Source: an uncultured Bacteroidota bacterium (GTDB lineage: Bacteria; Bacteroidota; Bacteroidia; Bacteroidales; UBA12481). Taken from it: a stretch of 60,972 nt of DNA. The translations under genes and the position numbers were made by a program. Positions 36,305 through 45,215 of the stretch are shown one piece after another (the first letter of the stretch is position 1; every line of letters begins with the position of its first letter). Under the pieces are notes generated by a model. It saw only the letters and a list, made by a program, of their open reading frames with translations. It was not told the origin of the DNA and made no database searches. Location of the stretch: the NCBI GenBank assembly GCA_903919925.1, contig CAIXKO010000623.1, forward strand, positions 1-60,972, written 5' to 3'.

Positions 36305-38698
36305 ATGAACTTTTCAGACAGAAATAATCCGGAAGCATACTATTTTTTCGACGACAAGGCCCGGGAAGTGATTATAAAACGATACGATACGCCCACTCCC
36401 TGGATGAACTATTTCTCGAACGGGATTTTCCATACCATGATGTCGCAGGCCGGCGGGGCAGTGGCTTTCTACAAATCGCCACAGATCTGGAGAATTAACC
36501 GCTACCGGTTTTTTCACCTGCCCACCGATCGGTCCGGGTTATACTATTATATAAAAGATGCAAAAACCGGTGAATTCTGGTGCCCCACTGCGGAACCGGC
36601 TTTTACCAAACCGGGGAAATGGCAGTCGGCACATGGATTGGGATACACCCGCTTTGAGGCTGAACACAATGGAATAAAGGCTGAATTGCTTTATTTCATT
36701 GGCAACCAGGAGAACTGCGTGGTGTGGAACCTGAAACTCACCAATACCTCGGCGGAAAAAAAGGAAATTGATTTGTTTGCTTTTGTTGAGTTCGGAATGA
36801 TGGAGTATATGCGCGAATTATCGTGGGTATGCTATAACAAACATCAGGTTAAGGTTGATTTTAACGAAAACCTCGATGCCATTATTTACGATTATGCGGT
36901 GGAAATGCAACCCAAACCGTTGGAAACACCGCTGGTTTATCTCGCCTCGGATCAGAAGGTTTTTTCTTATGATGGCGATCGCGATGAGTTTATCGGGAAT
37001 TATCGTTCAGAATCCAATCCTTATGCAATTGAAAATTCCGGTTGTACCAAATCAACTCTCAAGGGAGGCGACCCATGCGGAGCGCTCCAGATCAGTGTTG
37101 TTCTGAACCCGGGTGAATCCAAAACCATCAATACTTTTTTAGGCACGGGACTCAAAATCAGTGATATTGAAAAGTCTCTGGAAAATTGCCGCAAATCCGG
37201 ATTTGTAGAGAATTCGCTGTCATCGCTGAAAAGCGAATGGGAAAACTATACCTGTCATTTCCAATGCAAGCTTCCCGATAAAGATGCCGAGCGCGAAATT
37301 AATATTTGGAATCCTTATCAGGCCCAGCGCAACTTCCTCTTTTCCAGAAATATATCGTATTATGCCACCGGTACTTTCCGGGGAGTGGGTTTTCGCGATA
37401 CTTCTCAGGATGTACTTTCCCAGATCCCAATCGATATGGAAAGTGCAAAATCCAAAACCCGGGAACTGCTCAGTCAGCAGTATAACGATGGGCATACCAA
37501 CCATTACTATTTCAAAACCGAAGGCTGGGAGCCGCTCAACCGGCTGCATTCCGATAACCACATCTGGCCTATTCCGGTGGTTTGGAACATTATTATGGAG
37601 GAGGGCAAAACCGACTTTCTACACGAGATTATTCCCTTCTTTGATGGCGGGGAGGGCAGCGTATATGAGCATCTGTGTCGGTCGATCGATTTTACCAGGA
37701 ACAATATCGGGGCCAATGGATTTCCGCTGATGCTTACTTCCGACTGGAACGACATGTTGTACAAAGTTTGCCGTGAGGGAAAAGGTACCAGTATCTGGAT
37801 GGCGATGTTCCTTGGTTTTGCACTTCCCAAACTGGCCGAATTGGCTGAATTACTCAATGATTCAGATCATTCCGGAAGCTTTATGGAGATGTGGGAAACT
37901 CAAAAACAGCTGGTAAACAGCAAAGCATGGGATGGTAAATGGTTCCGGCGTGCCACCATGGATAATGGTCAGTATTTAGGAACCGCTGAAATGGACGAAG
38001 CCAAAATATTTCTGAATACCCAGTCCTGGTCGGTGATATCAGGAATGGCAGATGAGGATAAAATGGCCACTGCCATGGATTCCGTCAGTGAACTGCTGGA
38101 TACGGATCTGGGGATAAGGAAAATTTGGCCATCTATCGTAAACTTCCCGACTCCGGAGGATCCGCTTTCCCATTACAACAAGGGAACCGGTGAAAACGGA
38201 TCCATCTTCTGCCACGCCAATACCTGGGCGATCATTGCCGAGTGTATGCTGGGCAATGGCGATCGGGCATGGAAGTATTACCGTCAGCTGATCCCTAAAG
38301 TGGCTATGGAAATGGCAGGGGCCTGGCGGTATAAGGCTGAACCGTATGCTTATGCCTCCAACTTTTTTGGGCCTGAATCAGATAAGTTCGGATTGGCTAA
38401 TGTGTCATGGCTCACTGGTACCGCATCGTGGATGTATGTTGCTGCAACCCAGTATATTTTGGGCATCCGTCCGGTTTGGGAAGGGTTGCTGATCGATCCC
38501 TGCCTGCCATCGGAATGGGAGGAAATCAGTGTGGATCGCATTTTCCGCGGATGTAATGTCCATATCACGATAAAAAAACCAGTGGGAGTATGCAAAGGGG
38601 TCAGCCAGATTAGTGTTGACGGGAAGCAGATTGAGGGGAATATCGTGGCGGTAAAAAGGGGCGAAACGGAAATATCGGTTAATGTAATGATTGGATAA
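36305..38698 (+). CDS. GH94 glycan phosphorylase (cellobiose/chitobiose-phosphorylase family)
   Basis: YYFFDDKAREVIIKRYDTPTPWMNYFSNG...MSQAGGAVAFYKSPQIWRINRYRF, NIWNPYQAQRNF...GFRDTSQD, TSDWNDML, ENGSIFCHANTWAIIAE and NVSWLTGTASWMYVAATQYILGIRP are colinear with cellobiose phosphorylases. 797 aa. No signal peptide. Confidence 0.88.
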   Translation: MNFSDRNNPEAYYFFDDKAREVIIKRYDTPTPWMNYFSNGIFHTMMSQAGGAVAFYKSPQIWRINRYRFFHLPTDRSGLYYYIKDAKTGEFWCPTAEPAFTKPGKWQSAHGLGYTRFEAEHNGIKAELLYFIGNQENCVVWNLKLTNTSAEKKEIDLFAFVEFGMMEYMRELSWVCYNKHQVKVDFNENLDAIIYDYAVEMQPKPLETPLVYLASDQKVFSYDGDRDEFIGNYRSESNPYAIENSGCTKSTLKGGDPCGALQISVVLNPGESKTINTFLGTGLKISDIEKSLENCRKSGFVENSLSSLKSEWENYTCHFQCKLPDKDAEREINIWNPYQAQRNFLFSRNISYYATGTFRGVGFRDTSQDVLSQIPIDMESAKSKTRELLSQQYNDGHTNHYYFKTEGWEPLNRLHSDNHIWPIPVVWNIIMEEGKTDFLHEIIPFFDGGEGSVYEHLCRSIDFTRNNIGANGFPLMLTSDWNDMLYKVCREGKGTSIWMAMFLGFALPKLAELAELLNDSDHSGSFMEMWETQKQLVNSKAWDGKWFRRATMDNGQYLGTAEMDEAKIFLNTQSWSVISGMADEDKMATAMDSVSELLDTDLGIRKIWPSIVNFPTPEDPLSHYNKGTGENGSIFCHANTWAIIAECMLGNGDRAWKYYRQLIPKVAMEMAGAWRYKAEPYAYASNFFGPESDKFGLANVSWLTGTASWMYVAATQYILGIRPVWEGLLIDPCLPSEWEEISVDRIFRGCNVHITIKKPVGVCKGVSQISVDGKQIEGNIVAVKRGETEISVNVMIG

Positions 38699-38714
38699 TG
38701 AATAATTTAGATAC

Positions 38715-38858
38715 CCTCACCCTGCCCCTGTGGTAGGGGCAGAAAATCTTCTGCCCCTACATGAGATTGGAATGAACCTGGTAGGGGCAGAAAATCTTCT
38801 GCCCCACATGAGATTGGAATGAACCTGGTAGGGGCAGAAAATCTTATGCCCCCACATA
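38715..38858 (+). repeat. Second tandem array (2.6 x 47-48 bp) of the GTAG-palindrome repeat family
   Basis: Units start at 38732, 38780 and 38827. Unit: ggtaggggcagaaaatcttctgcccctacatgagattggaatgaacct. It shares the core GGAATGAAC..GGTAGGGGCAGAAAATCTTCTGCCCC(T)ACATG with 25078-25290. It is preceded by an extra ctgcccct/aggggcag palindrome (38722-38742). Confidence 0.9.
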
Positions 38859-38878
38859 ATATATAATCAAAAACATCA

Positions 38879-40246
38879 ATGAAGAGTACATTTCTCTTAA
38901 TAGCTTTTGTGATTGCCGGTAACCTGTTTGGCCAGCAAAATCCCTACGTGCAGCCCGCTGACAGCTCCAAAATGCAGTGGTTTAAAGAAGCAAAACTTGG
39001 CATATTTATTCATTATGGAATCTATGCGGTAAACGGCACCGGTGAGTCGTGGCCAATCTATAACAATGAAATTCCTTATGCTGATTACATGAGTCAGCTG
39101 AAAGGATTCACAGCCAGCAAATACAATCCGGAATCATGGGCCCGGCTGTTTAAGGAAGCCGGTGCCAGATATGCGGTACTCACCACCAAGCATCATGATG
39201 GAGTCGCTTTATGGGATACAAAAATGAGCGATCTGAGTGTAGTAAAGAAAACACCAGCCAGGCGCGATCTGATAAAGCCTTATGCTGAGGCACTTCGTAA
39301 GGAAGGATTGAAAGTGGGCCTCTATTTTTCGCATCTCGACTGGTCGAATCCCGATTACGCAACGGTATTTGATGGCAAGGACAGGAATCCTAAAAACCCG
39401 AACCCCTGGGATTATCCAAAGTCAGGTGTTGAAGATACAGTCAGATGGAACCGTTTTCTGGCATTCAACCGGGGTCAGCTAAAAGAGTTGCAGGAAATTG
39501 CAAACCCTGATTTATGGTGGTTCGATGGCGACTGGTCCCGGACGGCACAACAATGGAAGATGAAAGAATTGCGGCAAACACTGCTCACGTGGAATCCTAA
39601 AGCCATTTTGAATTCGCGGATGCAAGGGTATGGCGATTATGTCACCCCTGAGCAGGGAGTGCCTGTTGCGGGTCCGCAAGGCCCCTGGGAACTTTGCATG
39701 ACCATCAACGACTCCTGGGGTTACAGGGGTATCGATACTAACCAGAAATCGCTTGACTATATCATCCGTATATTTTCGGAATGTATCAGCATGGGCGGCA
39801 ACCTGCTGCTGGATGTAGGACCCAAAGAAGACGGGACCATCACCCCGGAACAATCTGCCACATTAAAAGGATTGGGGCGATGGACCAAAAAGCATTCGGA
39901 GGCCATCTATGGTACTCAAAGAGGGATACTGCCCGGCCATTTTTATGGTCCAACCACCTTGTCGAAAGATAAAAAAACGCTCTACTGCTTTGTTCTGGAC
40001 AATCCAAAAGCGGAGGTTGTAGTGAAGGGAATCCGCAATAAAATCAAGGCGATCCGTGTGTTGGGCAGCAATCAGGATCTGAAATTTAAACTCAATGGAG
40101 GAGCTTCGTGGCTGAATATCCCGCCGGTACTACTGATCGATCTTCCGGCAGATCAGCTCGATAGAAACACAACCGTTATCGCCATTGAACTGGATACGCC
40201 TTTGGAATTGTACCGGGGTGAGGGTGGGGCGGTGGAGAAGAATTAG
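38879..40246 (+). CDS. GH29 alpha-L-fucosidase
   Basis: Signal peptide MKSTFLLIAFVIAGNLFG. MQWFKEAKLGIFIHYGIYAV, GARYAVLTTKHHDGVALWDTK, GLKVGLYFSHLDW and WWFDGDW motifs. 455 aa. Confidence 0.88.
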   Translation: MKSTFLLIAFVIAGNLFGQQNPYVQPADSSKMQWFKEAKLGIFIHYGIYAVNGTGESWPIYNNEIPYADYMSQLKGFTASKYNPESWARLFKEAGARYAVLTTKHHDGVALWDTKMSDLSVVKKTPARRDLIKPYAEALRKEGLKVGLYFSHLDWSNPDYATVFDGKDRNPKNPNPWDYPKSGVEDTVRWNRFLAFNRGQLKELQEIANPDLWWFDGDWSRTAQQWKMKELRQTLLTWNPKAILNSRMQGYGDYVTPEQGVPVAGPQGPWELCMTINDSWGYRGIDTNQKSLDYIIRIFSECISMGGNLLLDVGPKEDGTITPEQSATLKGLGRWTKKHSEAIYGTQRGILPGHFYGPTTLSKDKKTLYCFVLDNPKAEVVVKGIRNKIKAIRVLGSNQDLKFKLNGGASWLNIPPVLLIDLPADQLDRNTTVIAIELDTPLELYRGEGGAVEKN

Positions 40247-40353
40247 GAGGTGAGGATGTGAGGGTGTGAGGAAGTGAGGAAGTGAGGATGTGAGGATGTG
40301 AGGATGTGAGGATGTGAAGAATGAAGAATGAAGAGTGAAGGAGTGGTAAGAGT
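40247..40353 (+). repeat. Purine-rich octamer microsatellite (GTGAGGAW)x9 degrading into TGAAGAR heptamers
   Basis: Octamers sit in perfect register from 40250 to 40321 (gtgaggat gtgagggt gtgaggaa gtgaggaa gtgaggat x4 gtgaagaa), followed by tgaagaa tgaagag tgaagga. The array lies between the GH29 stop (40246) and the GH39 start (40381). Confidence 0.9.
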
Positions 40354-40380
40354 GATAAATTGATTAAATGTTGAAGTATT

Positions 40381-42003
40381 ATGGAAAAAGTAACACGTCG
40401 TAAAATGATTAAGAACAGCATGGTGACGGCAGCTGGCTGGAGCATTTTCCCATCTGAGCTGGTACCTTTGGCAAAAGAGATTCCTGCTGGTACCGGGTCG
40501 GTTTCCTTTTTGCCGGACTGGAATCATGCGGGTTCAACCCTGCGCCACACCTGGGAAGGGCTGGGAAATGTTGATCAGTTCCGTTGGTTTGTCCGCCGCG
40601 ATATGCAGGACCAGCTGGCGGTAATGCAAAAAGATTTAAACCTCCGGCATGTGAGGGCGGTTGGGATGTTTGATGATGAATTGAGGGTACTGGGTATCGA
40701 TCCAACTACCTGGAGGGACCAGGATCGCAAAGCACGCTATAACTGGCAGGTAATCGATTATGTGATAGAGTCGCTGATGAATATGGGTATCAATCCGGTG
40801 ATCACCACTTCGTTTATGCCATCCGGATTATCATCAGGCACACAAACCTGCTTCTCCACCAAGGCCAATGTTTGCCCGCCTAAGGATTACAGGGAATGGA
40901 CCGATCTGGTTACCAGAACCATCAGACATTTTGTCGAACGGTTTGGCGAGAGCGTTGTAAAGTCGTGGTATTTTGAAGTCTGGAACGAGCCTAATCTGGA
41001 TGCTTTCTGGAAAGGTGCCGATAAAGCCGAATTTTTCAAATTGTATTCCACCACCTGGCAGGCCATTAAATCGGTTCATCCTGATTTAAGGTTGGGTGGG
41101 CCATCGGCAGCCAGAGCCGAATGGATCCCTGAATTTATTGATTTCGGCCGGAAAAACGGCTGTCCGGCTGATTATATCATTGCGCATGTTTACAATAATG
41201 ACAGTGAATTTGCCGCACTTTCACCATTCGACGGACCCCAGAATGATAAAATTAATCAATCACCCAATTTTCTTCCCGGTGTGGTAAAAGGCACGCGGAA
41301 ACTATTGGACGAAATGGGATTTAAAGGCGAATTGCATTTCAACGAATGGGGCCGCTCCTGGTTCCCAAGCGATTCCATCCGCGAGAGCCAGAACGAAGCC
41401 GCATTCATAGTGAAAAGCATGGCCGGTTGCTCTCAGCATGCAGATTATTTTGCCTATTGGTGCTTATCCGATATATACGATCAATTGGGATATGGCTCGG
41501 AAACTTTTCATGGAAACTACGGCCTGATGAATCTTCAGGGATTAAAAAAGCCTTCGTATAAAGCATTTCAGCTGCTCGGAAAATTAGGGGACACGCAGGT
41601 TCCCCTAAATACTTCTAATGGAAATGATTTGCAAAACGCCATCGCCGCCAAAGGCAAAAATGGATACCAGTTTCTCTTCTATTCCTTTGAAAAGGATTTC
41701 AAACCCGAAACATCAGTTCCTCAAAAAATGAGTGTTTCATTTCGCTTGCCGGATAGAATAAACATTGATGATATCAGGGTTTACCGGATTGGAAGCACAG
41801 AGAATAATATCTTCTCCAAATGGAAATCGATTGGCAGTCCGGCATATCTCCGGAAGGAAGAATTGGCTGAATTGTTAAAGCATAATGACCTGGGAAAATC
41901 CGGCGAAAAACACAAAATTGACAGTACCGGAGGAAGCAGGGTGATGACTGTTGAATGTGAATCACCGGGAGTGGCATTGGTTGAAATGAATACAAATAGT
42001 TAG
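40381..42003 (+). CDS. Glycoside hydrolase family 39 with twin-arginine (Tat) signal
   Basis: MEKVTRRKMIKNSMVTAAGWSIF matches the Tat consensus (T-R-R-x-hydrophobic-hydrophobic-K). VKSWYFEVWNEPNLDAFWKG, LRLGGPSAA, LHFNEWGRSW. Confidence 0.85.
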   Translation: MEKVTRRKMIKNSMVTAAGWSIFPSELVPLAKEIPAGTGSVSFLPDWNHAGSTLRHTWEGLGNVDQFRWFVRRDMQDQLAVMQKDLNLRHVRAVGMFDDELRVLGIDPTTWRDQDRKARYNWQVIDYVIESLMNMGINPVITTSFMPSGLSSGTQTCFSTKANVCPPKDYREWTDLVTRTIRHFVERFGESVVKSWYFEVWNEPNLDAFWKGADKAEFFKLYSTTWQAIKSVHPDLRLGGPSAARAEWIPEFIDFGRKNGCPADYIIAHVYNNDSEFAALSPFDGPQNDKINQSPNFLPGVVKGTRKLLDEMGFKGELHFNEWGRSWFPSDSIRESQNEAAFIVKSMAGCSQHADYFAYWCLSDIYDQLGYGSETFHGNYGLMNLQGLKKPSYKAFQLLGKLGDTQVPLNTSNGNDLQNAIAAKGKNGYQFLFYSFEKDFKPETSVPQKMSVSFRLPDRINIDDIRVYRIGSTENNIFSKWKSIGSPAYLRKEELAELLKHNDLGKSGEKHKIDSTGGSRVMTVECESPGVALVEMNTNS

Positions 42004-42007
42004 TCAA

Positions 42008-43711
42008 GTGAAAAAAATTATCGCTTTTTGTGCACTGGCCTGCCTTCTTGCCGCCTGCAATAACGGCAGCTCTAAGCCGGAAACATTCACACCGTTGACT
42101 CATTCATCGGTCGATAGCGCCAGTTTGCAAAACGGATACCTGGTGTATCATTCGATCCGGACGGATGCCGCAGGCAAAATTATTCCCTGGTACAGTCCCG
42201 ATCCGGGGAATTCCTATGACCATATTCTCGGGTTGGTCTGGAATTTCTGGGATACCATGCGCGTGGATATCAATGGTCTGCCATACTACATGAATCATCA
42301 GGTTTGGGAAGAAAAGTACAACGATGGCAGGGGTGTGGCCGGTTCGCAGTTTGAAATGGCGCTCTCCTCCTGGTACCTGTATTACACTTACACCGGCAAC
42401 CAGCGGGTGATAGATAACATGACCTTCATGGCCGATTACTATTTGTCGCACTCCCTATCGCCGGCTGATGCAGCCTGGCCTAACATTCCCTATCCTTATA
42501 ATACTCTGGTTTATTCCGGGATATACGATGGCGACATGATTCTGGGAAAGGGTTTTACCCAACCCGATAAGGCCGGGGGTTTTGGATACGAGCTGGTTAA
42601 CCTGTATAAAATGTGCGGCAATGAGAGATACCTGAACGCTGCCATCGGCATTGCAAATACCCTGGCCCGCCATACACGGCAGGGCGATAATGAAAACTCC
42701 CCGCTTCCCTTTAAAGTCAACGCTGAAACCGGTGAAACCGGCCAATTGATTGAAAACGCAAACGGAACCAAACAGACAAAGGCTTCATCCTATACGTCAA
42801 ACTGGTGCGGCACCCTTCAGCTATATCAGGAATTACGGGAATTGCATCTGGGCGACACTACCGAATACAAAAAATCATTCGGTATCCTGCTGGAATGGAT
42901 GAAGAAATATCCGCTGCAAACCAATAAGTGGGGACCCTTTTTTGAGGATGTCTTCGGATGGTCGGATTGCCAGATCAATGCCATTACGTTTGCCAGGTAT
43001 ATGATGAATAATCAGGCATTGTTTCCGGATTGGAGAAATGAGGTACCCCGCATCTTTGATTGGGTATATGCCAAACTGGGCAATAAAAAATGGGAAAAAT
43101 ACGGGGTCACCGTAGTCAATGAGCAGACCTGGTATCCGGTTGAAGGTAACAGCCACACTTCCAGGCAAGCCTCTGCTGAACTGCTGTATGCCAAGCTATC
43201 GGGCGATACCTCACGGATACCACATGCAGTTCGACAGTTAAACTGGGCTACCTACATGGTTGATTTTGACGGGAAAAACCAGTATCCGAATGAACAAATC
43301 TGGATGTCGGACGGGTATGTCGATTATGTTAGGCATTACCTGCGTGCCATGGAAGCATTGCCGCGGCTTTCGCCCGACAATGCCAACCATTTGCTCTCCA
43401 GCACATCGACTATTAGACAAATTGAGTATTATCCGAATTTCAAATACGGCATCTGGGGAATTGCCTTCACTGAACAGGCACTGATAAAGGACAAAACAGA
43501 ATTTCCAAGGGTACGATATTTTACGTATGATAAAGCTTCAACCGAGGTGCTGCGGCTGATGAAAAAGCCTTCAGAAATTAGGGTAGCCGGCAAGTCCATC
43601 CTGGAAAGATCTGCTGATAAAGAGGAAGGCTGGAGTTGGCAATCTTTTGACAAGGGGGGCATTGTAACTATTACCCATGCTGAGGGTAATGAATTGGTTA
43701 TCATTTATTAA
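42008..43711 (+). CDS. Lipoprotein of unknown function (possibly a glycan-active alpha-helical-toroid enzyme; guess only)
   Basis: Signal plus lipobox MKKIIAFCALACLLAACNNG. It starts 4 nt after the GH39 stop. The core is W/Y-rich and looks helical (SSWYLYYTYTGNQRVIDNMTFMADYYL, GYELVNLYKMCGNERYLNAAIGIANTLARH). I recognised no family motif. Confidence 0.4.
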   Translation: MKKIIAFCALACLLAACNNGSSKPETFTPLTHSSVDSASLQNGYLVYHSIRTDAAGKIIPWYSPDPGNSYDHILGLVWNFWDTMRVDINGLPYYMNHQVWEEKYNDGRGVAGSQFEMALSSWYLYYTYTGNQRVIDNMTFMADYYLSHSLSPADAAWPNIPYPYNTLVYSGIYDGDMILGKGFTQPDKAGGFGYELVNLYKMCGNERYLNAAIGIANTLARHTRQGDNENSPLPFKVNAETGETGQLIENANGTKQTKASSYTSNWCGTLQLYQELRELHLGDTTEYKKSFGILLEWMKKYPLQTNKWGPFFEDVFGWSDCQINAITFARYMMNNQALFPDWRNEVPRIFDWVYAKLGNKKWEKYGVTVVNEQTWYPVEGNSHTSRQASAELLYAKLSGDTSRIPHAVRQLNWATYMVDFDGKNQYPNEQIWMSDGYVDYVRHYLRAMEALPRLSPDNANHLLSSTSTIRQIEYYPNFKYGIWGIAFTEQALIKDKTEFPRVRYFTYDKASTEVLRLMKKPSEIRVAGKSILERSADKEEGWSWQSFDKGGIVTITHAEGNELVIIY

Positions 43712-43844
43712 AACGGTTATGAGGTATTTGCATTGTTTTCACTTTTTATCCTTACTGCTAACAGGCAGCTGTTTCAATGGACTGGAAATGTGTTGCGTCA
43801 GGCGGCCATCCGATCATTCGGGGACAGGGAGTGCATGGCGAAAT

Positions 43845-44573
43845 ATGAAAACCACATTCATCATTTTAGCATTTTTATCCACAACATTGAACCATACCCA
43901 TGGGAATCCGCTCATCACCCTGCCGGATTCAAACCTCTTTGTTCAACTTGATGTTGCGCCCCGCTGGATCTGGCGTGGCGTGGCCTATTCTCAGGGTCCG
44001 GTTATACAACCTTCATTAGGGTATGCAGGTAAGAAGATTACAGCAATCATCTGGGGGTCATATTCCATCCTGAACGGGGAATATCACGAGTTGGATTTCA
44101 CCCTGGAGTATAAGCCTGTTGAACAGATAAATATTGGATTTACCGACTATTTTGGCATTAACGATTCAACCAAACTGAATCAGCGCTTTTTCAATCTGAA
44201 AAACAGTTCCACTTCCCATGTGTTTGATTTTTATGCCAGAGTCTGTCCGTTCAAGAATCTTCCCCTGAGCTTTTACATTTCCAATTGGTTTTACGGCGCA
44301 GATAAAGACCCGAAAACCCGAAAGCAGTATTTTTCAACTTACATGGAGGCACGCTACGAAAAGCAATATCACGATATTGGCCTTTATACCTTTGTCGGTG
44401 CCACTCCCTATAAAAGTTTCTATTTCAGGCAGGCCGGAATTGTAAATCTGGGGTTAGGCCTTACCAAGACTTATCAGATTGGCAAAAAACTTACCTTACC
44501 TCTAAAAGTGGAGTTTATCCTTAACCCATCTTCTCAAAATGTATACGTAAATGCAGTAGTGGGAATCAGATAA
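43845..44573 (+). CDS. Putative outer-membrane beta-barrel protein (TorF/Gcw_chp-like), unknown function
   Basis: Start moved to ATG 43845, giving signal peptide MKTTFIILAFLSTTLNHTHG. The pattern is alternating aromatic/hydrophobic. RGVAYSQGPVIQPSLGY resembles the RG.SQ....P..QG..Y motif of TorF-type porins. Confidence 0.3.
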   Translation: MKTTFIILAFLSTTLNHTHGNPLITLPDSNLFVQLDVAPRWIWRGVAYSQGPVIQPSLGYAGKKITAIIWGSYSILNGEYHELDFTLEYKPVEQINIGFTDYFGINDSTKLNQRFFNLKNSSTSHVFDFYARVCPFKNLPLSFYISNWFYGADKDPKTRKQYFSTYMEARYEKQYHDIGLYTFVGATPYKSFYFRQAGIVNLGLGLTKTYQIGKKLTLPLKVEFILNPSSQNVYVNAVVGIR

Positions 44574-44704
44574 ACAAAGTACTGCAGGCATTTGATTCAT
44601 CTATTCAATTGATCCTATCAGTGGTTGCTTGGCGTATAACCGGCAAAATGTCAATCTCTTCAAATGCTATTACTAAAAATTGGCCAAATATCGGCGAAGT
44701 CTAA

Positions 44705-45136
44705 TTGAGCGATATGCTGCCCGAATACACTGTTCAGGGTTGGGGTACGCTTCAAAATGACAAATCAATAAAACTGCCGGTCCTGAATATTGCCGGGCGT
44801 GAATTCAGAAAAGGACTTGGCACCCATGCCACCAGTGAGATCGTTTACCGCATTTGCGGAAATTATACCCAATTTTCAGCATGGATCGGAGTCGACAATT
44901 TCCCAAAATTCAACAACTTGTCAAGCATACAATTTGAAATTTGGGGCGATGGGGAATTGCTTTTTCAAAGCGGAATAATGAGAATCAAAGATGAGGCTCA
45001 ATTTATTGAAGTTGATATTACCGGAGTAAACGAACTGAAACTTAACGTAAATGATGCAGGTGATGGAACAAACTGGGATCATGCGGATTGGGCGGAAGCG
45101 AAAATCCGTTATCCGGGTTTTTCCATTCAATTCTAA
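44705..45136 (+). CDS. Stand-alone NPCBM (NEW2) carbohydrate-binding domain ORF, possibly an orphaned gene fragment
   Basis: LSDMLPEYTVQGWGTLQNDKS...GREFRKGLGTHATSEIVYRI...FSAWIGVDN...IQFEIWGDGELLF...LKLNVNDAGDGTNWDHADWAEAKI follows the NPCBM pattern. There is no signal peptide. An in-frame TAA sits immediately before the TTG start, which clips the usual domain start. The first ATG is at 44714. Confidence 0.55.
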   Translation: MSDMLPEYTVQGWGTLQNDKSIKLPVLNIAGREFRKGLGTHATSEIVYRICGNYTQFSAWIGVDNFPKFNNLSSIQFEIWGDGELLFQSGIMRIKDEAQFIEVDITGVNELKLNVNDAGDGTNWDHADWAEAKIRYPGFSIQF

Positions 45137-45215
45137 ATATTCCGCTTCACCAATTAACAGAAATTAGGATACCTTTACCCTAAGGAAAGTAAAATTCCAA
45201 TACCCCCCAACTCTA

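Noticed and set aside
33916-40353. The idea that the two octamer tracts (TCAACCCT and GTGAGGAT) are complementary and could pair in a long-range RNA structure.
   Set aside because: The reverse complement of GTGAGGAT is ATCCTCAC. It matches TCAACCCT / ATCAACCC at only a few positions, so there is no meaningful complementarity.
40176-40527. Two minus-strand ORFs (89 and 94 aa) encoding HPHILTSS repeats.
   Set aside because: They are a translation artefact of the GTGAGGAT octamer microsatellite. They overlap the ends of the GH29 and GH39 genes.
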